This document shows, piece after piece, positions 7,797-21,012 of a DNA stretch of 64,000 bases. The stretch lies in the NCBI GenBank assembly GCA_965219445.1, contig CBDCNQ010000005.1, forward strand, positions 1,280,001-1,344,000, written 5' to 3'. Both the position numbers and the translations under genes were made by a program. Source of the stretch: Longimicrobiales bacterium. Lineage in GTDB: Bacteria > Gemmatimonadota > Gemmatimonadetes > Longimicrobiales > Gaopeijiaceae. Position 1 is the first letter of the stretch, and each line of letters opens with the position of its first letter. The notes under the pieces were generated by a model that was given only the letters and a program-made list of their open reading frames with translations, had not been told where the DNA came from and searched no databases.

Positions 7797-10148
7797 ATGC
7801 CCTCCATCCTGAACTCCGCCTCTAGTGAGCCAGCTCTGACTGCTCGCTTTTTTTCGTGTTCTAGGTCGATCACGGCCTGCCTCCTGGGTGTCCTGCTTTC
7901 GAGTTCACCGACCGCCGCACTCGGCCAGGCTCAAGAAGCCTCGGATCAGGCTCAAGAAGCCTTGGACCAGGACGAGTCCGTCGACCTCGAGGCCATCCGG
8001 ATTCCCGACAGTCTGAGCATCGATCTCGACGGTCGGCTGGACGAAGAAGCTTGGAGTCTGGCCACTCCGATTTCCGACTTCACTCAGCAATATCCCGACG
8101 AGGGCGGCCTCCCCTCCGAGCGAACCGAGATCCGGGTCGTCTTCAACGAGAACGAGATGTTCATCGGCGCGATTCTCTACGACGACCCCAGTGGTATCCT
8201 CGCGTATCAAAGGCGTCGTGACGCGGGCCTCGGCACCGACGATCGGTTCATGTGGATACTGGACACGTTTCTCGACGGTCGGACGGGGTATTTCTTCGAG
8301 ATCAATGCCGCTGGGCTGATGGGTGATGGACTGATCACGGGCGGCGGCGGCGGTGGTCGGGGGGGAGGTGGGAGGATGCAAAAATCATGGGACGGGATCT
8401 GGGAGACGCGCGTGGCCCGCCGGCCGGACGGATGGTCCGCGGAGATCCAGATACCGTTCCGCACGCTGAACTTCGATCCGGACCTCGACTCCTGGGGGAT
8501 CAACTTTCAGCGCACGATTCGTCGAAAACAGGAAGAGATTCTCTGGAGGGGGTATCGGAGGAACCAAGGAGTCTTCCAGCCCGTCCATGCCGGCCGGATC
8601 ACGGGCTTGCGGGATCTGTCCCAGGGGATCGGGCTCGAAGCGAAGCCCTACGCGGTCGGGAGCTGGAGGACGCAGCCGGCGGATGTCGATCCCACCACCT
8701 ACCCAAGGGACGTCGGGGTGGACGTGAGTTATAGCCTTACGCCGAGCCTTCGGGCCGCCGTCAGCGCGAATACGGATTTTGCGGAGGTGGAGGTGGATCA
8801 AAGGCGGGTCAATCTGACCCGCTTCCCCCTACGCTTTCCTGAGCAACGCGACTTCTTCCTCGAGGGATCGGGCGTGTTTTCGTTTGCGGGAAGGAACGGG
8901 GCTACGCCCTACTTCAGCCGTGACATCGGGCTGGCCGATGGGCGGCCCGTCCCCGTGACCTATGGCGCGCGCCTCGGCGGACAGGCTGGCAAGTACGAGC
9001 TCGGATTTCTTCAGGTGGGGACGGGCTCAATTCTGCCGGATACTCTGACTGGGTTCAGCGGAAGCCCCACCGAGAACTTCACGGTCGCCCGTGTCAAGCG
9101 GAGTTTCCTCGAGCAATCCACGGTTGGCGTAATCTACACGCTTCGTAACCCGGGCAAGGACATAGCGGGCGTGGCAGGGGTCGATCGCCACACCCTGGGT
9201 GCGGACCTGAACTACATGACCAGCCGCTTGTTTGGCGACAAGAACTTTCAGGCCGAGGCCTTTTTCGTCTGGAACTCCAATCCGACGCCGAGCGTGGACA
9301 CGTCCCTGGGGGACCTGACCGCGAGGGGTTTCCGCTTCGACTTCCCGAACGACGTCTGGCAGACGCACCTGTCGTACCGGGAATTTGGACATGAATACGA
9401 TCCGGCCGTCGGTTTCGTCACCAGGAACGGCTTCAAGCGTGTGGAGCCTCGTTTGGCGTGGCGTCCCCTATCCGACATCAGTTGGATTCGGCGCTACAGC
9501 GTTTCCGCGCAGTACCGCAGACTCGCCAATCTCACCACCGGACAAGTCGAGGAGGAGCAGTGGGATCTCAATCTCTTCGGCTTCGACTTCGAGGCCGGGG
9601 GTAACTGGGACATCATCGCCCGCCGTTTGGACGAGTACCTCGACCAGGACTTCGAAATCAGCGACGGCATCGTGATCCAACCGGGACAGTACAGGAACTG
9701 GGAGTGGACACTGACCGCCCGGACGCCGAGCCAGAGGAGATTGTCTGGAAACTTCAACTTCACGGACGGGGGCTTCTGGAGCGGCGACAACTTTCGCTAC
9801 TCAGTCGGGCTTACCTTCCGCCCGAATCCCGGATTCAGCATCTCCACCGATTTTGAACGAAACGACGTCGACTTGCCGCAGGGAAACTTCGAGGTCGATC
9901 TGACCCGGTTGGAGGCCGCGTGGGACATCAGCCCATGGGTGTCCGTCATGGGCAACATCCAATACGACACCCAATCGGAAGTCGTGGGGCTCTTCGCGCG
10001 GGCCCGCTGGATCATCGAGCCCGGGGCCGACTTCTATATCGTGTACACGAACAACTGGCGGAATCTAGGCGCCAGCGTGTTCGATCGGGACTTCCTGACA
10101 CTGTCGCGCGGTGGAAGCGTGAAGGTGAATTACACGTACAGGTTGTAG
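7797..10148 (+). CDS. CBM9-like / DUF5916 family outer-membrane protein
   Basis: Signal peptide; DGRLDEEAW; NTDFAEVEVD..RVNLTRFPLRFPEQRDFFLEG; barrel-like C-terminus VKVNYTYRL; start uncertain. Confidence 0.8.
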   Translation: MPSILNSASSEPALTARFFSCSRSITACLLGVLLSSSPTAALGQAQEASDQAQEALDQDESVDLEAIRIPDSLSIDLDGRLDEEAWSLATPISDFTQQYPDEGGLPSERTEIRVVFNENEMFIGAILYDDPSGILAYQRRRDAGLGTDDRFMWILDTFLDGRTGYFFEINAAGLMGDGLITGGGGGGRGGGGRMQKSWDGIWETRVARRPDGWSAEIQIPFRTLNFDPDLDSWGINFQRTIRRKQEEILWRGYRRNQGVFQPVHAGRITGLRDLSQGIGLEAKPYAVGSWRTQPADVDPTTYPRDVGVDVSYSLTPSLRAAVSANTDFAEVEVDQRRVNLTRFPLRFPEQRDFFLEGSGVFSFAGRNGATPYFSRDIGLADGRPVPVTYGARLGGQAGKYELGFLQVGTGSILPDTLTGFSGSPTENFTVARVKRSFLEQSTVGVIYTLRNPGKDIAGVAGVDRHTLGADLNYMTSRLFGDKNFQAEAFFVWNSNPTPSVDTSLGDLTARGFRFDFPNDVWQTHLSYREFGHEYDPAVGFVTRNGFKRVEPRLAWRPLSDISWIRRYSVSAQYRRLANLTTGQVEEEQWDLNLFGFDFEAGGNWDIIARRLDEYLDQDFEISDGIVIQPGQYRNWEWTLTARTPSQRRLSGNFNFTDGGFWSGDNFRYSVGLTFRPNPGFSISTDFERNDVDLPQGNFEVDLTRLEAAWDISPWVSVMGNIQYDTQSEVVGLFARARWIIEPGADFYIVYTNNWRNLGASVFDRDFLTLSRGGSVKVNYTYRL

Positions 10149-10236
10149 CGGCTGAGACTACGGGTTGACGTGACAGAGACCGGACAGGCCTTATCGACCT
10201 ACCCGGTCTCGTTGCGTTGAACCGCGACGGAGATCC

Positions 10237-12573
10237 CTAGGGGGCTCTGGCCTCCTGGGAGGTTTGAGTCTCCTGCGTGGCTTTGGCCTTCAGGGCGGCC
10301 TGGTCCTCCGGAGTGGTCTTGGCCTCCGGAGCGGTCTTGGCCTCCGGCCCCGCCTGGGTCTCCGCCACGCCCTGGGCCTCCTTCGCCAGCCGAGCCTTCA
10401 CCTCGCGGCGCCGTGCATGTAGGACGGTCTCGGTGTAGCCGTTCGGCTCCTCACGGCCATTGAACACCAACTCCAGGGCGGCCTGAAACTCGGCGCTCGA
10501 CGAGAGATCGGCGGACATGGGTCGGTAGTTTGGGTCTCCTTCGTTCTGCTCGTCGACCACGGCCGCCATGGACTCGAACGTGCTCGTCACCTGATCTGCG
10601 GTGACGAGACCATGGAGGAGCCAATTCGCGATGTGCTGGCTCGAGATGCGCAGGGTCGCGCGGTCTTCCATCAGCGCCACATCGTTGATGTCGGGGACCT
10701 TGGAGCAGCCGATCCCCTGGCCGACCCAGCGGACGACATAGCCGAGGATGCCCTGCGTGTTGTTATCCAACTCGTTCTGGATTTCCTCATCGGTCAAGGG
10801 GCGGTCCCCGAGCAGGGGAAGCGTCAGGATGGCGTCTAGATCGGCGCGCTCCCGTTTGGCCAGCTCAGACTGAACGTCTCGGACGTTTACCCGATGGTAG
10901 TGCGTGGCGTGCAAGGTGGCCGCGGTGGGCGAGGGCACCCAAGCAGTATTGGCACCGGCACGTGGGTGGTCGATCTTCGCTTCCAACATCGCACCCATGA
11001 TGTCCGGTGCGGCCCACATGCCCTTGCCGATCTGTGCCACGCCGGGGAGGCTGCACTCGATCCCCACGTCCACGTTCCAGTCCTCGTACGCGAGCATCCA
11101 GGGGCAGCTCTTGATCTCCGGCTTGGGGATCATGGCCCCGGCGACCATGCTCGTGTGGATCTCATCTCCGGTGCGGTCGAGAAACCCGGTGTTGATGAAA
11201 ATCAGGCGATCTGCGGCGGCGCGGATGCATTGCTTCAGGTTGACAGTCGTCCGCCGCTCTTCGTCCATGATACCGATCTTCAGAGTCCGCTTCGGCATTC
11301 CCAGAGCTTGCTCGATCCGACCGAACAGCTCCACGGTGGCAGCAACCTCTTCGGGACCGTGCATTTTGGGCTTCACGATGTAGACGCTGCCCGTACGGCT
11401 ATTGCGCACGGGGCCGTCGCCGTTGAGGTCGTGGAGGGCGCCCCAAGACGTAATCAGCGCGTCCAAGAACCCCTCCGGGATCGGCTCGCCAGCCATAGTG
11501 GTGACGGCGTCGGTGTACATATGAATCCCCACGTTGCGCACGAGGAGAAGGCTGCGCCCCGGCAGTTTGAGCGCCTTACCGCTCCGGTCTTGATACATGC
11601 GATCCTCATTGAGAGTACGCGTCAGTGCCCGGCCGTCCTTCTCGAGCGTGGCCGTGAGCGTCCCCTTCATGATCCCGAGCCAGTTGCGATAAACGAGGAC
11701 TTTGTCCTCCGCGTCGACGGCCGAGACGGAATCCTCGCAGTCCTGGATGGTCGTGACCGCGGCCTCCATCACGACGTCGTAGACCCCGGCCGGATGCGCC
11801 TTGCCGACGGGATGATCCCGATCGATTCGGATGTCGATGTGGAGGCCATGGTTGCAGAGGAGCACGCTGCTGACACGCCCGCCCTCGAGCTGGAAGCCGG
11901 CGAAAAGGGACGGCTCTGCCGGCGCCGTCCGCCGGTCGTCGGACAGTACGCACACGAGGCGGCTCGGGCCGTCGTAATTTTCCACAACGAATTCGGTGAC
12001 CTCAGAGTAGAGGCCCTGGCTCAGAGGGACGACGTCGTCGAGAAAGCGCTCGGTCCACTCGACAACCCGGGCTCCTCGCACCGGATTGTAGGCGGCCCCT
12101 CGCTCCGCCCCGTCCTCCTCGCCGATGACGTCTGTACCGTACACAGCGTCGTAGAGGCTACCCCAACGTGCGTTGGCGGCGTTCAACGAGTAACGGGCGT
12201 TGTCCACCGGCACCACCAGTTGCGGCCCGGCGATCGAGGAGATCTCCGGATCCACATCGCTCGTGGTAATGGTGAGCGAGCCCTCCTCGGGGAGCACATA
12301 GCCCGTATCCTGGAGAAAGCTCTTGTATTCGTGCGGGTCGAGCGGCTGGCTGGCCCGTTTCTCGTGCCACTCGTCGAGCCCCTTCTCGTGACGGGCACGC
12401 ACGTCGAGGAGACGGCGGTTCTCCGGGCCGAGCTCCGTGACGATAGTCCCCAGGGAGGTCCAAACCGCGTCAGGGTCGAGACCTGTGCCGGGTGCGATTT
12501 CCGACCGCGCCAGGTCGTATAGAGGCTTCGCGATACTCAGGTTCGCGATGTTGACTCGCTCGAGTGCGCTCAT
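10237..12573 (-). CDS. glcB: Malate synthase G with repetitive C-terminal extension
   Basis: [64 protein letters not shown]. Confidence 0.95.
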   Translation of the reverse strand: MSALERVNIANLSIAKPLYDLARSEIAPGTGLDPDAVWTSLGTIVTELGPENRRLLDVRARHEKGLDEWHEKRASQPLDPHEYKSFLQDTGYVLPEEGSLTITTSDVDPEISSIAGPQLVVPVDNARYSLNAANARWGSLYDAVYGTDVIGEEDGAERGAAYNPVRGARVVEWTERFLDDVVPLSQGLYSEVTEFVVENYDGPSRLVCVLSDDRRTAPAEPSLFAGFQLEGGRVSSVLLCNHGLHIDIRIDRDHPVGKAHPAGVYDVVMEAAVTTIQDCEDSVSAVDAEDKVLVYRNWLGIMKGTLTATLEKDGRALTRTLNEDRMYQDRSGKALKLPGRSLLLVRNVGIHMYTDAVTTMAGEPIPEGFLDALITSWGALHDLNGDGPVRNSRTGSVYIVKPKMHGPEEVAATVELFGRIEQALGMPKRTLKIGIMDEERRTTVNLKQCIRAAADRLIFINTGFLDRTGDEIHTSMVAGAMIPKPEIKSCPWMLAYEDWNVDVGIECSLPGVAQIGKGMWAAPDIMGAMLEAKIDHPRAGANTAWVPSPTAATLHATHYHRVNVRDVQSELAKRERADLDAILTLPLLGDRPLTDEEIQNELDNNTQGILGYVVRWVGQGIGCSKVPDINDVALMEDRATLRISSQHIANWLLHGLVTADQVTSTFESMAAVVDEQNEGDPNYRPMSADLSSSAEFQAALELVFNGREEPNGYTETVLHARRREVKARLAKEAQGVAETQAGPEAKTAPEAKTTPEDQAALKAKATQETQTSQEARAP

Positions 12574-12802
12574 GGCTGCGGGCTCCTGGACCAGGGTTTA
12601 CACCGACGCGTCACACCGTCGGAAAGGCGCGACGCCAGAGGCCGGCGTCCGGGGACAACGCGATGGGTCTGTGGCTCACCGCAACAAAGAATTAACTGCC
12701 GGGGCCCTCCGCTGCAAACACAGGAGCGGCGTCCTTACCGGGGGTCGGTCACTCCGTCCTTGTGGCCTAGGGCCACGCAAGGATTCCCGTCGGGCCCGCG
12801 GC

Positions 12803-15106
<2,304 letters not shown>

Positions 15107-15125
15107 TGGCCCGATCCCCTTTGTG

Positions 15126-15166
15126 GAAAACGCGAGCGGGCGCGCCCTTCGAGAGGGCGCGCCCGC
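15126..15166 (-). terminator. GC-rich hairpin between M3 and the PQQ gene, possible terminator or attenuator
   Basis: Perfect 13-bp stem 15136-15148/15154-15166 followed by a short T run on the minus strand. Confidence 0.5.
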
Positions 15167-15210
15167 GGAAACGAAATGTAGAGCCGTCTTAGAGACGGCG
15201 GCGGGCCGTC

Positions 15211-16572
15211 CTACCTGGCCGCGATTGGCTGTTGGCGCTCCTGTCGCCGCTCCATCATCGTCTCGTACTCCTCCTGCTCCAGATCGGTAATGCCGACCCA
15301 CATGTGAGACATCTCGTCCACACCGCGTCTACCGAAGACCACCCACTGCTCGGGATCGGGATTGAGCGGATTGTCGGCCGTGTTGTCGAAGACGGACGTG
15401 AAGAGAAGCATCGTACCGGCGGGAAGGAGAGGTTGGGCGTCTTCCGCGTACTGGTAGGAAAGCTGCCAGATGTGCCTATAGTCGGAGACCTTGCCGAGCA
15501 TTTCCCTGCGGCCATCCGGGTAGATCGCTTCCATCGACATCTCTTTGCCCCGCATGTGCATGTGCGGCCGGAAGCTGCTGATCAGGGTCGGCGACTTGAG
15601 TACGTGGATGCCTTGGAGGACCTGCCGTCCGTGCGGCGGAATGAGAATGTCGCCGGCCCGCGGCATACCGTTCCTCCGGTCGACCATGAAGGTGACTTCT
15701 CCTCGGGTCTCGACCTCGGGCTGCTCGCCCTCCGGGTAAAGCCAGAGCCCGACGTCGACCACGTCGTCCTCTACGAGCTCACCGGCCGGGAAGTAGTGGA
15801 TATTCCAGGACACCTCAGCTTCCCCGGCGGGAAGCAACATCCCGACACCCTCCGGGAACGTCTCATAGCGCTTTCCGACTCCGTAATGCGCGATTCCGAC
15901 GCCGCCATCGTAGCCTCCGTCCACGCCCTCGTACCGGAGGCTCGCGTGGCCGTGATGGACGACCTTGAGGCCATTCGGATACGCTGGCTTGAACTCATAT
16001 CCTTTGATCCAGCGGTCCTCGTCGGCGCCCACGAACTTCTCCCGGGGCGCCCACCACTGGTCCTGGCCGTTGGCCACCACGTCGTACGCGCCAGAACTGA
16101 CCACCACATCCGGTGGCCGGCCATACATTTCTTCGAGGGCCCAAGCACCCCCCTGTGCGAGCATGGGGGACGCTGGCATGTCCGCGTCATCACCCTTGAC
16201 CGCACCACCGTCTGCCCACCGGACGATCGTCTCGATCTCTTCGTCGGTCAGAGACACGTCGTTCCGGTAATCCTGAATCCCCACCGTCTGATCGAGGTGC
16301 CACGGTGGCATCTGCCGCGTCTGCACCTTGAGCTTCATCAGCGGTGCGTACAGCCGAGCGTTCTCATAAGTGAGGAGCGACATCGGCGCGAACGAGCCGG
16401 GCCGGTGACACGTGACGCAATTCTCGTAAAGAATCGGCGCCACGTCTTTGGTAAACGTGACCTCCTGCGCCTCGAGTGCCCCCATGGGCAGAGCCGACGC
16501 GATGATCCAGGCCGAGGCCAAAGCTCCGGCGGCCCGCAGGAAGTGCGTACGTAAGTCTCCCCTCATGATCAT
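15211..16572 (-). CDS. Secreted cytochrome c / copper type II monooxygenase fusion, divergent paralog M3
   Basis: CVTCH..MPPW, VVHH, WNIH, RPHMH, DEM; AGGAG RBS before ATG 16572. Confidence 0.8.
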   Translation of the reverse strand: MIMRGDLRTHFLRAAGALASAWIIASALPMGALEAQEVTFTKDVAPILYENCVTCHRPGSFAPMSLLTYENARLYAPLMKLKVQTRQMPPWHLDQTVGIQDYRNDVSLTDEEIETIVRWADGGAVKGDDADMPASPMLAQGGAWALEEMYGRPPDVVVSSGAYDVVANGQDQWWAPREKFVGADEDRWIKGYEFKPAYPNGLKVVHHGHASLRYEGVDGGYDGGVGIAHYGVGKRYETFPEGVGMLLPAGEAEVSWNIHYFPAGELVEDDVVDVGLWLYPEGEQPEVETRGEVTFMVDRRNGMPRAGDILIPPHGRQVLQGIHVLKSPTLISSFRPHMHMRGKEMSMEAIYPDGRREMLGKVSDYRHIWQLSYQYAEDAQPLLPAGTMLLFTSVFDNTADNPLNPDPEQWVVFGRRGVDEMSHMWVGITDLEQEEYETMMERRQERQQPIAAR

Positions 16573-16659
16573 TTTCTCCTTAAGCCATCCACGGCAACAT
16601 CGCGCGGGAGGTGATGATAACTCCACACTGATAACAAAGCCATCCATTTATCAAGCCAT

Positions 16660-17490
16660 CTATTCGATAACCCTAACTGGGACATATCCGTTCGTCCAAC
16701 AACAATGGAATTCGAACTCAACGGTCCTGTCGATCGACTGCACCCGGATCAGATAATCCCCGGGCTCACTGAACCTCGCCGTGGTGGTAGCCATCCGGTT
16801 TGCCATGTCGACCAGGATCTCCGGTTCGGCGAAATCGACCCTTCCGGGGCCCTGGTGGTGGGTCCAACCCACCCAAGTTTGATCGTCGGGGTGGTCGACC
16901 CAGACGCTCAAGCTGAGCGGTTCATCCACGGACACCGTGCGTGGCTCCCCGGTGAAACCCGTCCGCCCCTGGAATTCGGTTCCATTCCTCTCGAACCTGA
17001 GGATTGGTGCTACGCTCGCGCGGCCATCGGCGACGGGTTCATCCAAGACGTAACTCGCAAGAACCTTCCCGGGTGTCGAGATGTCTTCGCCATCTCTATT
17101 GAGTGTCCAGACGACCTGACCGTCACCGAAGTCCGCAGGCACGTTGACGGTGAAGACACACCAGTGTCGCCGATACCTCGCATCTGGCACCCGATCGAAG
17201 TGCGTCGGTTGTCCTCCGTCGAACTCTGAGGGCACAATGAAGTTGGCCGGTCCGAGGGGGAGGTCGATGTCTTCGTCTGTGTTCAGGTTGAAATACCCGA
17301 AGCAGATCTCGTACGTATCGTCGGGATTCTGATAGTACCCCTCATAAACGGGGACAACGGGCTGCCCGGAGGGCCGAAGAACTTGCTCGTTGAAAATGCG
17401 CTCGGCGAGGGGAGTTATCTGAGCGTGCGCGGCAGACACCGAGAGCGAGACCCATATGACGGCACCGGCGCAAAGACCAAACCTACTCAT
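16660..17490 (-). CDS. Secreted hypothetical protein ending CCWTNGYVPV, divergent paralog P3
   Basis: Shares P..EG.Y.N.D, FGY.N.N, FDG.QPT.F, QGPGRV and CCWTNGY with P1/P2. Confidence 0.8.
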   Translation of the reverse strand: MSRFGLCAGAVIWVSLSVSAAHAQITPLAERIFNEQVLRPSGQPVVPVYEGYYQNPDDTYEICFGYFNLNTDEDIDLPLGPANFIVPSEFDGGQPTHFDRVPDARYRRHWCVFTVNVPADFGDGQVVWTLNRDGEDISTPGKVLASYVLDEPVADGRASVAPILRFERNGTEFQGRTGFTGEPRTVSVDEPLSLSVWVDHPDDQTWVGWTHHQGPGRVDFAEPEILVDMANRMATTTARFSEPGDYLIRVQSIDRTVEFEFHCCWTNGYVPVRVIE

Positions 17491-17868
17491 CTACCCCTCC
17501 TGATTCGACCAACCCTGGCTCGACCGACACTGCTCGACCGACACTGTCTGTGGTCATTCGGAACCGCGTGGCCCCGTACAACGCGCGTGCCTGGGCCGGA
17601 CAATCCGAGGCCGGACAATAAGACCCTGGAGACTCACCGCGGGTCCGTTATGACGGGCGATCATGATCATCGAATTCCGCCAGCGCAAGAGCCCACGGAG
17701 ACAGAGCATGGCTCGCCTGTGGAGCCCTGGGCACCTCGGGCATGCTCCACTATTGTTGTGCCCAGTGCGGGGACTGTCGTGCCGAGTGTGGAAACCAACA
17801 CACTACCGACTCGACGCTCCGTTCGCGGTGGCCCCACAGCCGTAGAAGGGTCCAGAACCGAGGAGTCC

Positions 17869-18285
17869 ATGCCCAGAGTGAGCGTCACCAGAGAAGTCCA
17901 CTTCAGCGCGGCGCACCGAGTCTTCAATCCCGAGTGGAGCGACGAGCGCAACTTCGAGGTGTTCGGGGCGTGCGCTAATCCCAACTGGCACGGACACGAT
18001 TATGTGCTCTATGTAACGGTCGAGGCGGAACTAGACCGGGACACGGGCTTCGTGATGGACTTCAAAGACTTGAAGTCGGTCGTCGAGGCTCGCGTCGTCG
18101 ATGATTTGGACCACAAGAACGTGAATCTCGACGTGCCGTGGATGGAAGGAATCATCGCCTCAGCCGAAAACATCGTAGTCGCGATCTGGGATCGGCTCAC
18201 CGACCGCCTGCCTGACGGGGTGAAGCTGGCAAAGCTCACTCTCTGGGAGACGCCCCGCCATTACGTGGAGTATTCCGGTGAGTAG
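17869..18285 (+). CDS. 6-pyruvoyl-tetrahydropterin synthase (PTPS/QueD superfamily, PTPS-II-type motif)
   Basis: [35 protein letters not shown]. Confidence 0.9.
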   Translation: MPRVSVTREVHFSAAHRVFNPEWSDERNFEVFGACANPNWHGHDYVLYVTVEAELDRDTGFVMDFKDLKSVVEARVVDDLDHKNVNLDVPWMEGIIASAENIVVAIWDRLTDRLPDGVKLAKLTLWETPRHYVEYSGE

Positions 18286-18868
18286 CGATCTCTCGGGTGC
18301 CGCGTTCGAGGAGCTCGTCGCCGAGATGATCCGGCGGCTCGGCGATGACCCCGAGCGCGAAGGGCTCAAGCGGACACCCGAACGGGTGGCGAAGTCCCTG
18401 GCGTTCCTCACGCAGGGCTACGGCATGAAGTCCGAGGACGTCATCAACGGGGCCCTTTTCGAGGAAGGCCACCGGAACATGATTCTGGTGAAGGACATCG
18501 AGATGTACTCGCTGTGCGAGCACCATCTCTTGCCGTTCTTCGGCAAGGTGCATCTCGCCTACATCCCGAACGGCAAGATCGTGGGGCTGTCCAAGACCGC
18601 CCGCCTGGTCGAGGTCTACGCTCGCCGCCTTCAGGTGCAGGAGCGGATGACGGAGCAGATCGCTCAAGCGATCTGGGAGTTGGCCGAGCCGGAGGGCGTG
18701 GGTGTCGTTATGGAGGCCTATCACCTGTGCATGATGATGCGGGGCGTACAGAAGCAGAATTCGAAGACGATCACGTCCGCCATGCGGGGGTCGTTTCTCG
18801 AGAACCAGATGACACGCGACGAGTTTCTTCGTCTCTGCATGACCGACCACAATCCTCTCTCGCAGTAA
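18278..18868 (+). CDS. folE: GTP cyclohydrolase I
   Basis: [38 protein letters not shown]. Confidence 0.97.
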   Translation: MSSDLSGAAFEELVAEMIRRLGDDPEREGLKRTPERVAKSLAFLTQGYGMKSEDVINGALFEEGHRNMILVKDIEMYSLCEHHLLPFFGKVHLAYIPNGKIVGLSKTARLVEVYARRLQVQERMTEQIAQAIWELAEPEGVGVVMEAYHLCMMMRGVQKQNSKTITSAMRGSFLENQMTRDEFLRLCMTDHNPLSQ

Positions 18869-18887
18869 GCCCCTTTTTTGAGTGAAC

Positions 18888-18947
18888 GATCCACTTCAGA
18901 GAGGTCCACTTCAGAGAGATCCACTTCAGAGAGATCGAGTTCAGTGA
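18888..18947. repeat. 15-bp tandem repeat GATCCACTTCAGAGA x3 plus a degenerate fourth copy
   Basis: Units start at 18888, 18903, 18918 and 18933. Confidence 0.9.
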
Positions 18948-19672
18948 GCGATCCACCGCCAACGAATCCCCTCGAGGGTGCGTCCGCTTTGGTGGTCGGT
19001 GCGAGCCGTGGCATTGGGGAGGCCACGTCCCGAGTGTTGGCGGCGGCAGGAGCACGAGTCTGCCTGGCGGCGCGCTCGATGGAGCACCTCGACAAGATCG
19101 CCGAGGAGATCGGGGGAGTGCCCCTCCAGCTGGACCTCGAAGACACTGAGGCGGTGGGGATCGCGATGCAGGCACTCGTGTCCGAGGTCGGAGCCGCTCC
19201 CGACATCGTGGTGAACGCCGCGGGAGTGTTTTCTCTGATTCCGGTAACGGACACCCCGGTCGAGACGTTCGAGCAGGCCCTCGCGGTGAACCTGCGTGGA
19301 CCGTTCGCGGTCATCCAAGCCCTCCTGCCTGCCATGACGGCTCGGGGCTCCGGTTGGGTCGTTACGGTGGGCTCGGTGGCGGGACGGAAGGCATACCCGG
19401 GCAATGCGGCATATTCGTCGACAAAGTTCGGCCTACGAGGGCTCCACGAGGTGCTCAGAGAGGAGCTCCGCGGCACGGGCGTGGGGTGTTCACTGATCGA
19501 GCCGGCCGCAACGAACACGGACCTGTGGGATACCTTGGATCCGGATTCTGACCCGAACCTCCCCGACCGGTCGCAGATGCTTCGTCCCGAGGACGTCGCC
19601 GAGGCGATTCTCTTCGTGTGCACCCGACCCGAGGGGGTTCAGATTCCAGTTCTGGCCATCGAGCACGACTGA
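18944..19672 (+). CDS. SDR family oxidoreductase (candidate sepiapterin reductase); start could be 18878
   Basis: GASRGIG, NAAG, YSSTK. Confidence 0.85.
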   Translation: MSDPPPTNPLEGASALVVGASRGIGEATSRVLAAAGARVCLAARSMEHLDKIAEEIGGVPLQLDLEDTEAVGIAMQALVSEVGAAPDIVVNAAGVFSLIPVTDTPVETFEQALAVNLRGPFAVIQALLPAMTARGSGWVVTVGSVAGRKAYPGNAAYSSTKFGLRGLHEVLREELRGTGVGCSLIEPAATNTDLWDTLDPDSDPNLPDRSQMLRPEDVAEAILFVCTRPEGVQIPVLAIEHD

Positions 19673-19685
19673 CCCGAGTCCACGC

Positions 19686-20387
19686 GTGCATCTCCTGCTT
19701 ACGGACCGGCTGATCTGTCCCCGGTGTGGGCCGGGATTCGGATTGATCCTTCTGGCCGACCGCCTGGAGAACAGGCGGGTGATCGAGGGATCGCTGGGAT
19801 GCCCGAACTGTCGCGACCGTTTCCCGGTCGAGGGAGGATTCGGCGATTTTCGGCCCCCGCCCCGGAGCGCTGGGGACGAAGCTCCCGACATCGAGCCCCC
19901 TGCTTCTCCATCGGCGATGGAGGTCGCCGCGCTCCTGGGCCTCAGCGACGGTCCGGGGAATGTGGCTCTCATCGGCGACATAGCGGGGCACGCGACTGCG
20001 CTCGCGCGGTTGGCTCCGGCCGTCGAGTTCATTGGGATCGCCCCCGGCCTTCGCGGATGGGAAGAAGGAGAAGGTGTGAGCCGGATGACCGCAGGAGCGT
20101 TCCTCCCGTTCAGCAGTGGAAGCTTGCGAGGGGTAGGACTTCTTGCGGACCGCGGACCGCCAATGGCCGCTGGAGCGTCCCTGGCCGGTAAACCATCCCT
20201 GGCCGGTGAACCATCCCTGACCGGCGAGCTGGCTCGCGTGGTGACCGCCAGTGGGCGGATCGCGGTGTGGGGAGCGGTGCACGAGTGGGAGAAGGCGCTG
20301 AGCTCTGAGGGGCTCGATGTGCTCGCGTCCGAGGAGTCCGCCTTGGTGGTCACCAGGACGGCCCCCAAAGGGACTCGTGGCTCCTAG
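19686..20387 (+). CDS. Trm112-like zinc-ribbon protein fused to a degenerate methyltransferase-like domain
   Basis: L.CPRC...EGSLGCPNC...FPVEGG. Confidence 0.6.
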   Translation: MHLLLTDRLICPRCGPGFGLILLADRLENRRVIEGSLGCPNCRDRFPVEGGFGDFRPPPRSAGDEAPDIEPPASPSAMEVAALLGLSDGPGNVALIGDIAGHATALARLAPAVEFIGIAPGLRGWEEGEGVSRMTAGAFLPFSSGSLRGVGLLADRGPPMAAGASLAGKPSLAGEPSLTGELARVVTASGRIAVWGAVHEWEKALSSEGLDVLASEESALVVTRTAPKGTRGS

Positions 20388-20544
20388 AAGCGTGACCCGC
20401 CTCCCCTCTCCGATCACCCATCAAGGGGCGTCGTTGCGCCGAATTTCGGGCCCCTCTAACTTCGACCTGGATCGATACATGTGTTTCGGGACCGAGAAAT
20501 GTTCCGTTTCGCCGCACTATTACTCGTGGCCGAGGTTCCTCTTC

Positions 20545-21012
20545 ATGGCCTGGTGGAAGAAGGTTTTCGGTACCTCCGGCCAGGCCGGACGAGTCGCATA
20601 CTACGACGAGGGCCTCGCGCTTATCGCCGAGGACAAGATCCATGAGGCCCTCACGTCTTTTCGCCTGGCTCTGAAGGCGTCCCCGGGCGACGTCGTGGTG
20701 CTCCAGCAAATCGCGATCGCCTACACGAGAATTGGGATGACCGAAGAGGCCGAAAAGACGTATCAGCACGTTCTTCAAAAGGATCCACAAGCTGCGGGCG
20801 CCCACTATGGGCTGGCCTTCCTGCTCGTCCGGAGTGGCCGCGAATCCGAGGCGATTCCACATTTACGTGCGTTCCTGGAAAACGCTCCGGCGGGGCAGGA
20901 GGCCTCGGAACATGTTTCGCATGCTCGTGAGACGCTTGCCGGTCTGACCGGGGAGGCGGGGCGGACAGGGCGGTCCGAGGGTCTCGACCTGGGGCCGGAT
21001 GAGCTCTTCTAA
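20545..21012 (+). CDS. Tetratricopeptide repeat protein
   Basis: TPR-like helical repeats (AHYGLA, EA...F..AL...P). Confidence 0.8.
   Translation: MAWWKKVFGTSGQAGRVAYYDEGLALIAEDKIHEALTSFRLALKASPGDVVVLQQIAIAYTRIGMTEEAEKTYQHVLQKDPQAAGAHYGLAFLLVRSGRESEAIPHLRAFLENAPAGQEASEHVSHARETLAGLTGEAGRTGRSEGLDLGPDELF

Noticed and set aside
12574..12802. Glycine riboswitch upstream of glcB
   Set aside because: Several hairpins are present, but I could not find the GGAGA/CCGAAG/CUYUCAGG core motifs
17383..17868. N-terminal extension of PTPS, or small Cys-rich ORFs
   Set aside because: A strong RBS and family start lie at 17869; upstream frames lack support
17869..18285. queD (queuosine pathway)
   Set aside because: The motif is Cx5HGH rather than Cx3HGH and no queC, queE or queF is nearby; not fully excluded
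18888..18947. CRISPR array
   Set aside because: Units are contiguous 15-mers without spacers, and there are no cas genes in the window
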